From Clostridia bacterium (GTDB lineage: Bacteria; Bacillota; Clostridia; Oscillospirales; CAG-272): a stretch of 64,000 bases of DNA. The stretch lies in the NCBI GenBank assembly GCA_017520505.1, contig JAFXFN010000018.1, positions 184,061-248,060 on the forward strand, given 5' to 3'. The translations under genes and the position numbers were made by a program. Positions 55,869 through 64,000 of the stretch are shown piece by piece. A model generated the notes under the pieces. That model was not told the DNA's origin. It worked only from the letters and a program-made list of their open reading frames with translations, and did no database searches. Every line of letters starts with the position of its first letter. The stretch's first letter is position 1.

Positions 55869-58829
55869 TTATTTTCCGTACACGGATATCTCGTATATTG
55901 AGAAGAAGCCGCCCTCTTTGCCTTCCACTTTTACAAATCTTGCGTTTGTGTCTTTACATTCGTTGATCGTGATGGCACTATACGCAACTTTGTCAAGAGT
56001 CTTCCAGCTTTCGCCGTCATCAGATACCTTAACGGCAAAATTGCCTTTTGCGTTTGATTCCCAATTTATCTTCACCGTCGAAATTTCTTTGATCTCTCCA
56101 AGGTCTACTGTTATCCAATACGGTCCTGACGGTGTGCCCAAAGCACTCCATCTTGTTCCGGTGGAACCGTCTACAGCATATACGGCTTCGCATCCGGCTT
56201 CCTCGCCGCTTACACTCACCTGCTTGTCAAGTGCAAGATTTTCGCCCAAAGCCTCTACCTTTTTAGGTGTTTCCTTGGTGATGATATCAAAGCTTTCCAA
56301 AGGTACGCAAGCGTTCTCCGTATCAAAAACAAGAGCTTCCTCTGACTTTGTTACCGTCTTATCAAATTTGATATCATCCACAGATGCTCCGACAGAAAAT
56401 CTGTAATCACCCTTTTCAACGATCCAAGCAGAATCACTTGTAACATACGTCATAAGCTCTTTATCCGTGACCTTGACGGTGATAATTTCTTCGCTTCCCG
56501 CTTCAAGGACTGCTGTTTTTCCATATCCGACAAGCTCTGAAACAGGATGCTCATTTTTACCGTCGGGCTTTGTGACATAGAACTGTACTACTTCACTTCC
56601 CGCCGTATCTCCCGTGTTTTTGATTTTGACGGAAAGTGTTATGGCGTCGTCACCCTCTGTAACGGAAAAATCGGAATATTCAAATGTTGTATATGAAAGT
56701 CCGTAACCGAATTCATACGCTGTATCGATATTGAACGTTTTATAATAACGGTAGCCTACGTATATATCATCATAATAAACCGTTTCGGTCGTATTTCCGG
56801 GGAAATATTCAGAACACGGTGTATCCGAATACAACATAGGCCAAGTTGATGTGAGCTTACCCGACGGATTTACTCTGCCTGTCAAAATATCCGCTGCCGA
56901 GTTACCTATCTGCTCCCCTGCAAGACCTATATAAAGAATTGCGTCTGCCATATCTCTCCACGATGCAACCTCAATGGGATTACCCGTGTTTATAAGAACG
57001 ATAACCCTTTTGCCCTTTGCGTGAAATTCCTCGGAAATATATTTAAGAGTATCTTCTTCCACCTTATTAAGTCTGAAGTCGCCTCGTCTGTCCGTATGGT
57101 CAGCACCCTCCATCGTCATTCTCGACACGGTGAAGACAGCATATTCCGATTCTTCTGCCGCTTTCTTGGCGATATCACGTGTAATTACCACCTCAAGCTT
57201 ATCGTCCGTGGGATTCGCTTCGGGAGTGAGCACGTGCGGATGTCTTTTACACTTTGAATAAAGCGATGCAACATCATCATTTACCGTTATACCGTCAGCA
57301 TTTTTGAGTCCGTTGTAAACGGTTGTCACACCTGCTATCTTAACAGAGCCTGCGCCATATCCTCCGTGCTCCGTAACGTAAGAAGCATTTCCGAATACCG
57401 CAACAGACGTGTTGTTTATGGGCAATGTTTTTCCGTCATTCTTAAGAAGCACCATTCCCTCAGCACCTGCTCCTCTTACAGCGGTTATTTTCTCGCTTCT
57501 CTTTCTGGGCTGACCGGGGAATCTTTCATCGGAAAAGTCGGCACCCGTTTTTACAATAAGCTCAAGAACGTTTTTACAACAGCTGTTGAGATTTTCCGTC
57601 TTGATATTTCTTGATCTTACAAGCGCTATAATTTCCTTTACATCTGCTTTAACGTCTTTTGAACCGCAGTACATATCATTGCCTGCGTTTATCATTCCGT
57701 CTCTTGAGCCGCCTGCTTCCCAGTCGCTGAGAACACAGCCGTCAAAGCCGAATTCATTTCTGAGTATGGACAAAAGATCTTTACAAGTAGATGTATACTT
57801 ACCGTTTATTTTATTATACGACGTCATCACCGTATACGGATCTGAATTTTCAACAGCATAGCCAAACGCTTTCAAATACATCTCACGAAGGGCACGCTCC
57901 GTCACCTTTGACGATACCGAGCCTCTTGCCGTTTCCTGATTGTTTGCTGCAAAATGCTTTAAAGAAACGCCGACACCCTTGGACTGAATACCAAGTGTAT
58001 ATGCGCTTGCCATCATACCCGTGAGGTACGGATCCTCGGAGAAATACTCGAAATTACGTCCGCCGAAAACCTCTTTTTGTATATTCATACCCGGTGCAAG
58101 CAATATTTCAACGCCGAAGCAATCGGCATCATCACCGAGATACTCTGCTATCTTATTTACCGTTGCATCATTCCAGGTAGATGCAAGTGACGTGCCCGTG
58201 GGATATCCTATCGTTGCTATGTCAAGGCGAACACCTGCAGGGCCGTCCGCAAACTGAATAGACGGAACACCGAGACGTTTAATTTCATACGTATTTGCCG
58301 CCATTGCCCTTTCAGCAGGCAAAGATACGAGAAGTGCTGCCTTTTCTTCAAGCGTCATAGCATTTACTACAAGCTGAACGGAATCCTCAGAAAGCTGAAC
58401 AAGACCGTTTTTGAACTGTATCTTCACTTCATCGTCTTCCCCGCCGTTGGGCTTTGATGAAAGTGTCATTGTAAAGTCTGAGGAAAGGAATGATGCCTCC
58501 CCCGTAAACTCAAAAACATCTCCGTTTTTCAAGGATACCTGCTTTGAATCCGTAAATGTATCCGTGCCGTTTGTCAGGGAAAGTGAGATTTCACCGTCAA
58601 AATCGCCCTCTGCAGCAAATTTCGATGAAAATGCACCGTCGTTTACAGTAAACTCTTTTGCCGAAAATACAGCATCGGAGGTTATATTCTCGACACCTGC
58701 ATCAGTTACCTGCTCCGTCGCGGAAATGCTTTCGATATCCGTTGTGACATCATCACCACCCGTACACGATGTAAGCAAAAGCAACGCCATGGCTATAGAA
58801 ATCAATCTGTGCTTTTTCTTTATCTGCAT
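55869..58829 (-). CDS. Glycoside hydrolase family 3 lipoprotein with C-terminal F5/8 type C (discoidin/CBM32-like) domain
   Basis: Lipobox LLLTSCTGG. GH3 motifs (KHFAANNQE, GCVLSDWEA with the nucleophile Asp). FnIII-like domain, then the discoidin pattern AVDGSTGTRWSA...WITVDLG. Confidence 0.85.
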   Translation of the reverse strand: MQIKKKHRLISIAMALLLLTSCTGGDDVTTDIESISATEQVTDAGVENITSDAVFSAKEFTVNDGAFSSKFAAEGDFDGEISLSLTNGTDTFTDSKQVSLKNGDVFEFTGEASFLSSDFTMTLSSKPNGGEDDEVKIQFKNGLVQLSEDSVQLVVNAMTLEEKAALLVSLPAERAMAANTYEIKRLGVPSIQFADGPAGVRLDIATIGYPTGTSLASTWNDATVNKIAEYLGDDADCFGVEILLAPGMNIQKEVFGGRNFEYFSEDPYLTGMMASAYTLGIQSKGVGVSLKHFAANNQETARGSVSSKVTERALREMYLKAFGYAVENSDPYTVMTSYNKINGKYTSTCKDLLSILRNEFGFDGCVLSDWEAGGSRDGMINAGNDMYCGSKDVKADVKEIIALVRSRNIKTENLNSCCKNVLELIVKTGADFSDERFPGQPRKRSEKITAVRGAGAEGMVLLKNDGKTLPINNTSVAVFGNASYVTEHGGYGAGSVKIAGVTTVYNGLKNADGITVNDDVASLYSKCKRHPHVLTPEANPTDDKLEVVITRDIAKKAAEESEYAVFTVSRMTMEGADHTDRRGDFRLNKVEEDTLKYISEEFHAKGKRVIVLINTGNPIEVASWRDMADAILYIGLAGEQIGNSAADILTGRVNPSGKLTSTWPMLYSDTPCSEYFPGNTTETVYYDDIYVGYRYYKTFNIDTAYEFGYGLSYTTFEYSDFSVTEGDDAITLSVKIKNTGDTAGSEVVQFYVTKPDGKNEHPVSELVGYGKTAVLEAGSEEIITVKVTDKELMTYVTSDSAWIVEKGDYRFSVGASVDDIKFDKTVTKSEEALVFDTENACVPLESFDIITKETPKKVEALGENLALDKQVSVSGEEAGCEAVYAVDGSTGTRWSALGTPSGPYWITVDLGEIKEISTVKINWESNAKGNFAVKVSDDGESWKTLDKVAYSAITINECKDTNARFVKVEGKEGGFFSIYEISVYGK

Positions 58830-58866
58830 TATAAAATCTCCTTATTTGGATAATACCGACGGTCTT

Positions 58867-60159
58867 TTATGCTTTGTTTTTCTTTATTACCTTGTTATAT
58901 ACCAGCAGGAATACACCTGTGGCAAGCGACAATACGAGAGCCGCCGCAAATATATTGCTGTTGGGAATAAATGACGTTGTTCCGTCATTATTCGTAATGA
59001 TCTCTGCATTTGCAAGCACGGTCTTACCTATAAACGGGCCTACGATACCGGGAATAAGAACCTGAGAAAAGATTCGTACGCCCTGAAGCATACCCGCTTT
59101 ACCCTCAGGGATATAGCTTCTTATCTTTGCACCGAATACAGCCATACCGGAAAGATAACCGCACATCATAAGCAGTGAACCTACAAAAACCAACGCTGTA
59201 GATTTAAAGGCGAACAGAAGTATGTATCCGGCAGAAAGCCATACGAGTGAAAATACAGCTGAAATACCGAAGCCTTTTTTATCGTAAAATCTTCCCCAGA
59301 AGGCTGTAACGACAGATGCAAGAATTATTGCGGGTGCCATTATAAGAACGTAGTCCTTCATTCCGAGTGATACTTCGTAATAAATTATAAGGTAGGGCAT
59401 AAATATCTGTATTGATATATTGAACAGAATAAATGCCGCAAGGTAAACGTAAAGCGCAGGATTTGCTTTGATTGTCGAAGGACGGAAGCCGTATATAACC
59501 GTTTTAAAGTATTTTTCATCGGTTTTGACCGTCTTACTGTCATCTATCGTAAATATACCGATGATGCCCATAAGAGTTACGCATACACCGATAATGATGA
59601 ATATAAGCGTCCAGCTTTCGCTTTTGTCAAGATCAAATGCCATAAAACCGCCGAACACGGCAAGGATCGCCACAAGCGGCATCATTGCGTTTACACCCTC
59701 TGCCGCACCGCGGTTGAGGTCGTTGGCGCTTTCTGTAAGCCAAGCGTTGAATGCGGCATCGTTGGCTGTAGAGCCGAAAAACGTCATAACGCAGTCAAGC
59801 ACGACAGTCAGAGTGACACACACCGCAGCGGCTGACGTCACGAATGGGAAAGCTGATAAAATAAGATCTTCTTTTAAGAAAATAAAAGAAAATATCGATG
59901 CACCCCAGAGAATATATCCTCCGCAGATGAACATTTTTCTTTTGCCTATCTTATCGGAAAGCGCACCCATAAACACAGTTGTCAGCGTTGCGCACACAGC
60001 GCTTGCCGCAACCATAAGCGAGATATCCGAGGCACTTGCCGAAAACATCTTGTATATAAATACGTTGAAATACATATTTTCGATGACCCATGCGATCTGT
60101 CCCATAAGTCCGAAAAGTATAAGCGATATCCAAAAACGCCCTGAAAGTTTTTTTGTCAT
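58867..60159 (-). CDS. MFS transporter (probable glycoside/cation symporter)
   Basis: 12-TM profile. I chose the start at 60159 (MTKKLSGRFW..., AAGGAGG upstream) over 60228. It lies 37 nt upstream of the GH3 gene. Confidence 0.75.
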   Translation of the reverse strand: MTKKLSGRFWISLILFGLMGQIAWVIENMYFNVFIYKMFSASASDISLMVAASAVCATLTTVFMGALSDKIGKRKMFICGGYILWGASIFSFIFLKEDLILSAFPFVTSAAAVCVTLTVVLDCVMTFFGSTANDAAFNAWLTESANDLNRGAAEGVNAMMPLVAILAVFGGFMAFDLDKSESWTLIFIIIGVCVTLMGIIGIFTIDDSKTVKTDEKYFKTVIYGFRPSTIKANPALYVYLAAFILFNISIQIFMPYLIIYYEVSLGMKDYVLIMAPAIILASVVTAFWGRFYDKKGFGISAVFSLVWLSAGYILLFAFKSTALVFVGSLLMMCGYLSGMAVFGAKIRSYIPEGKAGMLQGVRIFSQVLIPGIVGPFIGKTVLANAEIITNNDGTTSFIPNSNIFAAALVLSLATGVFLLVYNKVIKKNKA

Positions 60160-60186
60160 ATTAATATCCTCCTTGTTAATATAGCA

Positions 60187-60215
60187 ATTATACAGCATAT
60201 TTCGTGATATTGCAA
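60187..60215 (-). promoter_or_regulatory. Sigma-A promoter of the MFS-GH3 operon
   Basis: Minus strand TTGCAA (60215-60210), 17 nt, TATAAT (60192-60187). Confidence 0.6.
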
Positions 60216-60254
60216 TAAAAAAAATCAATTTTAATATATTTTTTCATCAAATTA

Positions 60255-60283
60255 TTGAAAAGAAAAAAGAACTATGATATAAT
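60255..60283 (+). promoter_or_regulatory. Sigma-A promoter of ddh
   Basis: TTGAAA (60255-60260), 17 nt, TATAAT (60278-60283). Confidence 0.6.
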
Positions 60284-60315
60284 GACACATATATATTCAA
60301 TAACGGAGTAAAATT

Positions 60316-61302
60316 ATGAGCATTAAAATAGGCATTTACGGTTACGGAAATCTGGGTAAAGGTGTTGAATGCGCCATCAAGAATTCCCCTGATATGGAGC
60401 TTGTTGCGGTATTTACACGCCGTGATCCCGAAACGGTAAAAATAAACACAAAAACAGCCCTTGTATGTTCGGACGATAAAATTCCCGAATACAAGGACAA
60501 AATAGACGTTATGATACTTTGCGGAGGAAGTGCTAAGGACCTTCCGTTGCAGTCACCCGAAATTGCAAAAAGCTTCTGTCTTGTTGACAGCTTTGACACA
60601 CACACAAACATCCCCGTGCATTTTGCAAATGTCGATGCCGAGGCGCAAAAATCGGGTAAGGTCGCAATAATATCGGCAGGATGGGACCCCGGAATGTTTT
60701 CCGTCAACCGCCTTTATGCCGAAGCGGTGCTTCCCTGCGGTGCTGATTACACCTTTTGGGGAAAGGGCGTAAGTCAGGGACATTCAGATGCAATAAGAAG
60801 AATTGACGGTGTTGTTGATGCAAGACAGTATACAATACCGATAGATGAGGCACTTAATGCTGTAAGAAGCGGTGCGTGTCCTTCTCTTTCAACGGGTGAA
60901 AAACACAGACGTGAGTGCTTTGTAGTAGCCGAAGACGGCGCCGATAAGCAAAGAATAGAAAAAGAAATCAAAGAAATGCCCAATTATTTTGCGGATTATG
61001 AAACGACCGTGCATTTTATATCACTTGAAGAGCTTAAGCGTGACCACAGCAAAATCCCCCACGGCGGATTTGTTATCAGAAGCGGAAAAACGGGATTTGA
61101 TCTCGAGAACAGCCATATCATAGAATACAGCCTCAAGCTCGATTCAAACCCCGAATTTACAGCATCTGTTATAGTATCATTTGCACGTGCGGCTCACCGT
61201 ATGTACAACGAAGGCTTCAAGGGATGCAAAACGGTATTTGACATACCACCCGCATATTTAAGCCCCGAATCACACAGTGACATTATAAAGCGTCTTCTTT
61301 AA
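60316..61302 (+). CDS. ddh: meso-Diaminopimelate D-dehydrogenase
   Basis: MSIKIGIYGYGNLGKGVE..., 328 aa, with GWDPGMFS and QGHSDA motifs typical of Ddh. Confidence 0.88.
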   Translation: MSIKIGIYGYGNLGKGVECAIKNSPDMELVAVFTRRDPETVKINTKTALVCSDDKIPEYKDKIDVMILCGGSAKDLPLQSPEIAKSFCLVDSFDTHTNIPVHFANVDAEAQKSGKVAIISAGWDPGMFSVNRLYAEAVLPCGADYTFWGKGVSQGHSDAIRRIDGVVDARQYTIPIDEALNAVRSGACPSLSTGEKHRRECFVVAEDGADKQRIEKEIKEMPNYFADYETTVHFISLEELKRDHSKIPHGGFVIRSGKTGFDLENSHIIEYSLKLDSNPEFTASVIVSFARAAHRMYNEGFKGCKTVFDIPPAYLSPESHSDIIKRLL

Positions 61303-61308
61303 GCTCAA

Positions 61309-62019
61309 TCAGTTCAAAGAATAACCTTCAAGCGCATCATCAAGCGCTTGTTGGTTAAGACGTTCGACGTAATCGATAAACTCACTGAACATTTTTTTAC
61401 CTATTTCCCGGTAATCTATTGTGAGTATTCTTGCTATCGCATCTTGACGCTCATTCTTTGGAATTTCATATAATTTCAAAAGCGAATCAACCGTCAGTGT
61501 TATTTTATCTTCAAGCGGATATGCCTCTGAGCAAGGCTCTGTCAAGGCACTCATTTCAATGTGAGATGCAACATTTTCAACCAATTGGAAGCGTTCGGTT
61601 GTCCAATCGGGAACCTTATCGGAAAGCAAAGCCTCGTTTTTTACCGCTGTCCAATTTTTTATGTAGGAAAGCGTTGACGGATGTGAATATATCGCACGGT
61701 AAAAATCTTTTGCCTGCGGATGCTCCTCACACATTGCTATCTGCGCCGTTACTTCCCAACAGTATGCAAGCAGATTGTTAAGTCCCTCTGATTTTGCAAT
61801 GTTGATCTCTCTTGTGTGGAATTTCACAAGGTATTTCGTAAGCTCAAGAAGCAAATGCTCCTTTGTGGGAAAATGGAATGTAAAGTTTCCTTTGCTTATT
61901 TCAAGTTCCTCACTTATCGCCTGAACAGATGTTTCGGTAAAACCCTTTTCCAAAAACATACGTGTTCCGACCTGCATTATCTCAATTCGTGTTGTATTTG
62001 CACGGAATCTTTTTGTCAC
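61309..62019 (-). CDS. TetR/AcrR family transcriptional regulator
   Basis: N-terminal HTH (GFTETSVQAISEELEISKGNFTFHFPTKEHLL). I chose the GTG at 62019 (AAGGGGG 8 nt upstream). The ORF track extends to 62058, so the start is uncertain. Confidence 0.75.
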   Translation of the reverse strand: MTKRFRANTTRIEIMQVGTRMFLEKGFTETSVQAISEELEISKGNFTFHFPTKEHLLLELTKYLVKFHTREINIAKSEGLNNLLAYCWEVTAQIAMCEEHPQAKDFYRAIYSHPSTLSYIKNWTAVKNEALLSDKVPDWTTERFQLVENVASHIEMSALTEPCSEAYPLEDKITLTVDSLLKLYEIPKNERQDAIARILTIDYREIGKKMFSEFIDYVERLNQQALDDALEGYSLN

Positions 62020-62193
62020 GGCACAAACCCCCTTTATATCCGAAATTACGAACATCACGTAATATATTAGACCAAAAAACGCTGTTTGTCAAGCAATTTC
62101 GTGTAAATTCTGTAATTAATTTTTACGTTAAATTAAAATTGTTGTTATTAAAAATCATTTTTCACAGCCGCACTGCGGCAGATTGGAGTAAAT

Positions 62194-63138
62194 GTGCAAA
62201 AAACATCGAAAATTATCAAAAAAATTTGTATTATCACGATAATTATACTTTTAGCATTAATAATTCTTCTTTTAGGCGGTCTTAATATCGCAAAATATTT
62301 TATATATTCGGATTATTATTCCTTGAAAACTAACATTTGCAAAAACCCGGGACTTGGTGACGGATTTGTTTGCCAGGGCATCTGCGCAGATGAAGCTGAC
62401 AACAAAATATTCGTTTCAGGATATATGAATGACAACAGCGCATCACGTATATACGTAACGGATACGGACAACAATTCTTATTATGTTACACTTTCATCAA
62501 ACGGAAATGAATTCAACGGACACGCAGGCGGAATTTCGTTGTATAAAGATACCGTATATCTTGCGAACGATGAACGCCTTTATACTTTTCCCCTTTCTTC
62601 GCTCACCGAATCGGCAAATGCTGACACCGTTGATATTGGCGAGGGCATTTCCGTGAACAATCAGGCATCGTTCTGCTATGCTGACGAAAATTACGTTTAC
62701 GTTGGCGAATTTCACGACGGCGGTGCATACATTACAAATCACCCCTATGAAACATCAGACGGCACTTATTACGCAATAGTGTCGAGATATAAACACGATG
62801 ATCTCGAACACCCCGACAAAATTTATTCAATAAGAAATAAGGTTCAAGGTATATGCTTTACACCCGACGGAAAGGTCGTGCTTTCAACCTCATACGGTCT
62901 TACAGACAGCGTATATTACGTTTACAACGAAAGCAAAGCTGTTGACTCCGGAAAAACTTTTTATGATGCTCCCGTATATTACCTCACCGAATGTATACAG
63001 GAAATAAAAGGTCCTGCAATGGCTGAAGGACTTGACTATTATGATGGTAAGGTTATAACGCTTACAGAAAGCGCATCAGATAAATACATATTCGGCAAAT
63101 TCTTCTTTGCGAATAAGATAATAGGCTTTGATATATAA
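62194..63138 (+). CDS. Membrane-anchored extracytoplasmic protein, beta-rich (possibly propeller-like), function unknown
   Basis: GTG start with GGAG upstream and an N-terminal TM anchor. The region is Tyr/Asp/Gly-rich and repetitive. No recognised catalytic motif. Confidence 0.5.
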   Translation: MQKTSKIIKKICIITIIILLALIILLLGGLNIAKYFIYSDYYSLKTNICKNPGLGDGFVCQGICADEADNKIFVSGYMNDNSASRIYVTDTDNNSYYVTLSSNGNEFNGHAGGISLYKDTVYLANDERLYTFPLSSLTESANADTVDIGEGISVNNQASFCYADENYVYVGEFHDGGAYITNHPYETSDGTYYAIVSRYKHDDLEHPDKIYSIRNKVQGICFTPDGKVVLSTSYGLTDSVYYVYNESKAVDSGKTFYDAPVYYLTECIQEIKGPAMAEGLDYYDGKVITLTESASDKYIFGKFFFANKIIGFDI

Positions 63139-63143
63139 ATACG

Positions 63144-63178
63144 AACAGCACGGAATAAATGAATTCCGTGCTGTTTTT
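63144..63178 (+). terminator. Intrinsic terminator
   Basis: AACAGCACGGAAT-loop-ATTCCGTGCTGTT followed by TTT. Confidence 0.8.
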
Positions 63179-63324
63179 CAATGTTTAAATACGTAAAAGC
63201 TTGTATATACAGCAAACTTATGCCCTCCCCTCCCCTACAGTTGACATACGAAACAGCAGTTCGCCTCCTGCGAAAATATAATGTGAAATTTCAAATGTTT
63301 CATCCGATTAAAAAATCGTTATAT

Positions 63325-63366
63325 ACACAAATCCCCACAGCACGTTAATGCTGTGGGGATTATTAT
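63325..63366 (-). terminator. Probable terminator downstream of the hydrogenase gene
   Basis: CCCCACAGC-loop-GCTGTGGGG hairpin. The flanking U-tracts are weak on both strands. Confidence 0.5.
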
Positions 63367-63385
63367 TATACCATTAAGCTACAGC

Positions 63386-64000
63386 TTAGTGTGTGCCTCT
63401 CTTAACGTATGTTGTGTGGAGAAGCTCGTGAGCCTTGTGCTTACCGGGTGCTTCAAAATACTCATCATAGAGCATCTTGATAACAGGGCTTTCGTGTGAC
63501 TTTCTGAGGGTCATAGCAGCATCTGCATCGTAAAGCGCCTTTGCTCTCAACGTCTTGAGATCAACTGTGTTACGAACAGCATCGCTCTGTGTAGGCTGAC
63601 CGCCGCCGTTGATACAACCGCCGGGACAAGCCATAACCTCTACCATGTGATAGTTCTTTTCGCCTGCGTTGATAGCATCGATAACCTTTCTTGCATTTGC
63701 AAGACCTGAAACAACTGCGATATTGAGCTCAATTCCTGCAATCGTATACGTTGCTTCCTTGATGCCCTGTGTTCCTCTGACTTCCTTGAATTCGATAGCA
63801 TCAGCCGTACCGTCGAGCTTGTAAGCTGCTGTACGGAGAGCCGCTTCCATAACACCGCCTGTTGCGCCGAATATAGCCGCACCGCCGGAAGCTGTTTCAA
63901 AGGGATCGTCGAACTTTTCGTCAGCAAGCTCTGTGAAGTTGATGCCTGCTTCCTTGATCATTCTTGCAAGCTCACGTGTTGTGAGTGCTACATCGACATC
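63386..64000 (-). CDS. hydA: [FeFe]-hydrogenase catalytic subunit, C-terminal part; the 5' end lies outside the window
   Basis: H-cluster motif L3 VMACPGGCINGGGQP. The frame is open to base 64000 (...DVDVALTTRELARMIKEAG...). Confidence 0.85.
   Translation of the reverse strand, partial: DVDVALTTRELARMIKEAGINFTELADEKFDDPFETASGGAAIFGATGGVMEAALRTAAYKLDGTADAIEFKEVRGTQGIKEATYTIAGIELNIAVVSGLANARKVIDAINAGEKNYHMVEVMACPGGCINGGGQPTQSDAVRNTVDLKTLRAKALYDADAAMTLRKSHESPVIKMLYDEYFEAPGKHKAHELLHTTYVKRGTH

Noticed and set aside
62116-62136. Palindrome TTAATTT-N7-AAATTAA between the TetR gene and the divergent membrane protein gene, as a TetR operator
   Set aside because: It is composed purely of A/T in an AT-rich spacer, so chance occurrence is high. 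It is kept only as a note.
63241-63366. Possible small RNA: a TATAAT box at about 63275 followed by the 63333-63358 hairpin
   Set aside because: There is no acceptable -35 element at 16-18 nt. The hairpin is better explained as the hydrogenase gene terminator, and nothing supports conservation.
1-64000. Mobile elements, CRISPR arrays, prophage genes, toxin-antitoxin or known defence systems
   Set aside because: I scanned both strands of the ORF set and the intergenic regions. I found no transposase, integrase or recombinase motifs, no regularly spaced repeats, and no flanking direct repeats. The stand-alone ABC-type ATPase at 45964-46839 lacks a nuclease partner and sits in a metal-transport operon, so I did not call it a defence gene.

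Overview
This is a 64 kb chromosomal window from a low-GC Gram-positive anaerobe of the Clostridia. A dockerin-bearing LRR protein, an [FeFe]-hydrogenase fragment and scpB-ytfI-ytfJ-dacB-rluB synteny suggest a cellulosome-producing Ruminococcus-like organism; that is inference, not a database hit. All protein family calls come from motifs I recognise in the supplied translations, and no searches were run. Coding density is high and mostly housekeeping. It includes a seven-gene purine operon (purE-M-N, IMP cyclohydrolase, AICAR transformylase, purD, purL). A long minus-strand cell-envelope and division block follows (U32 peptidase, mltG, CPBP protease, MTHFS, DJ-1, ftsK, uppP). Also present are a membrane pyrophosphatase, several ABC systems, GH3 and GDPD lipoproteins, ddh, and one tRNA-Thr(CGU). 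I found no rRNA, CRISPR array, transposase, integrase or phage genes. Six items deserve a second look. (1) A candidate yybP-ykoY (Mn2+) riboswitch sits directly behind tRNA-Thr. It leads a translationally coupled four-gene operon: P-type ATPase, NADPH-motif-less TrxR-like flavoprotein, DUF1653 protein and a standalone ABC-type ATPase. (2) An LtaS-type transferase is translationally coupled to a GT8 glycosyltransferase fused to a TVP38/DedA membrane domain. (3) rsmA/ksgA carries a 1-nt deletion in its SAM-binding motif plus an in-frame TAG. (4) Two near-consensus promoters face each other between tRNA-Thr and rsmA. (5) The pur operon leader has a helix, terminator and uORF of no class I can recognise. 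(6) A standalone LytTR/DUF3021 pair sits with an ABC-2 exporter and phased ACCGA repeats. I do not see a clear-cut novel defence or mobile system in this window.
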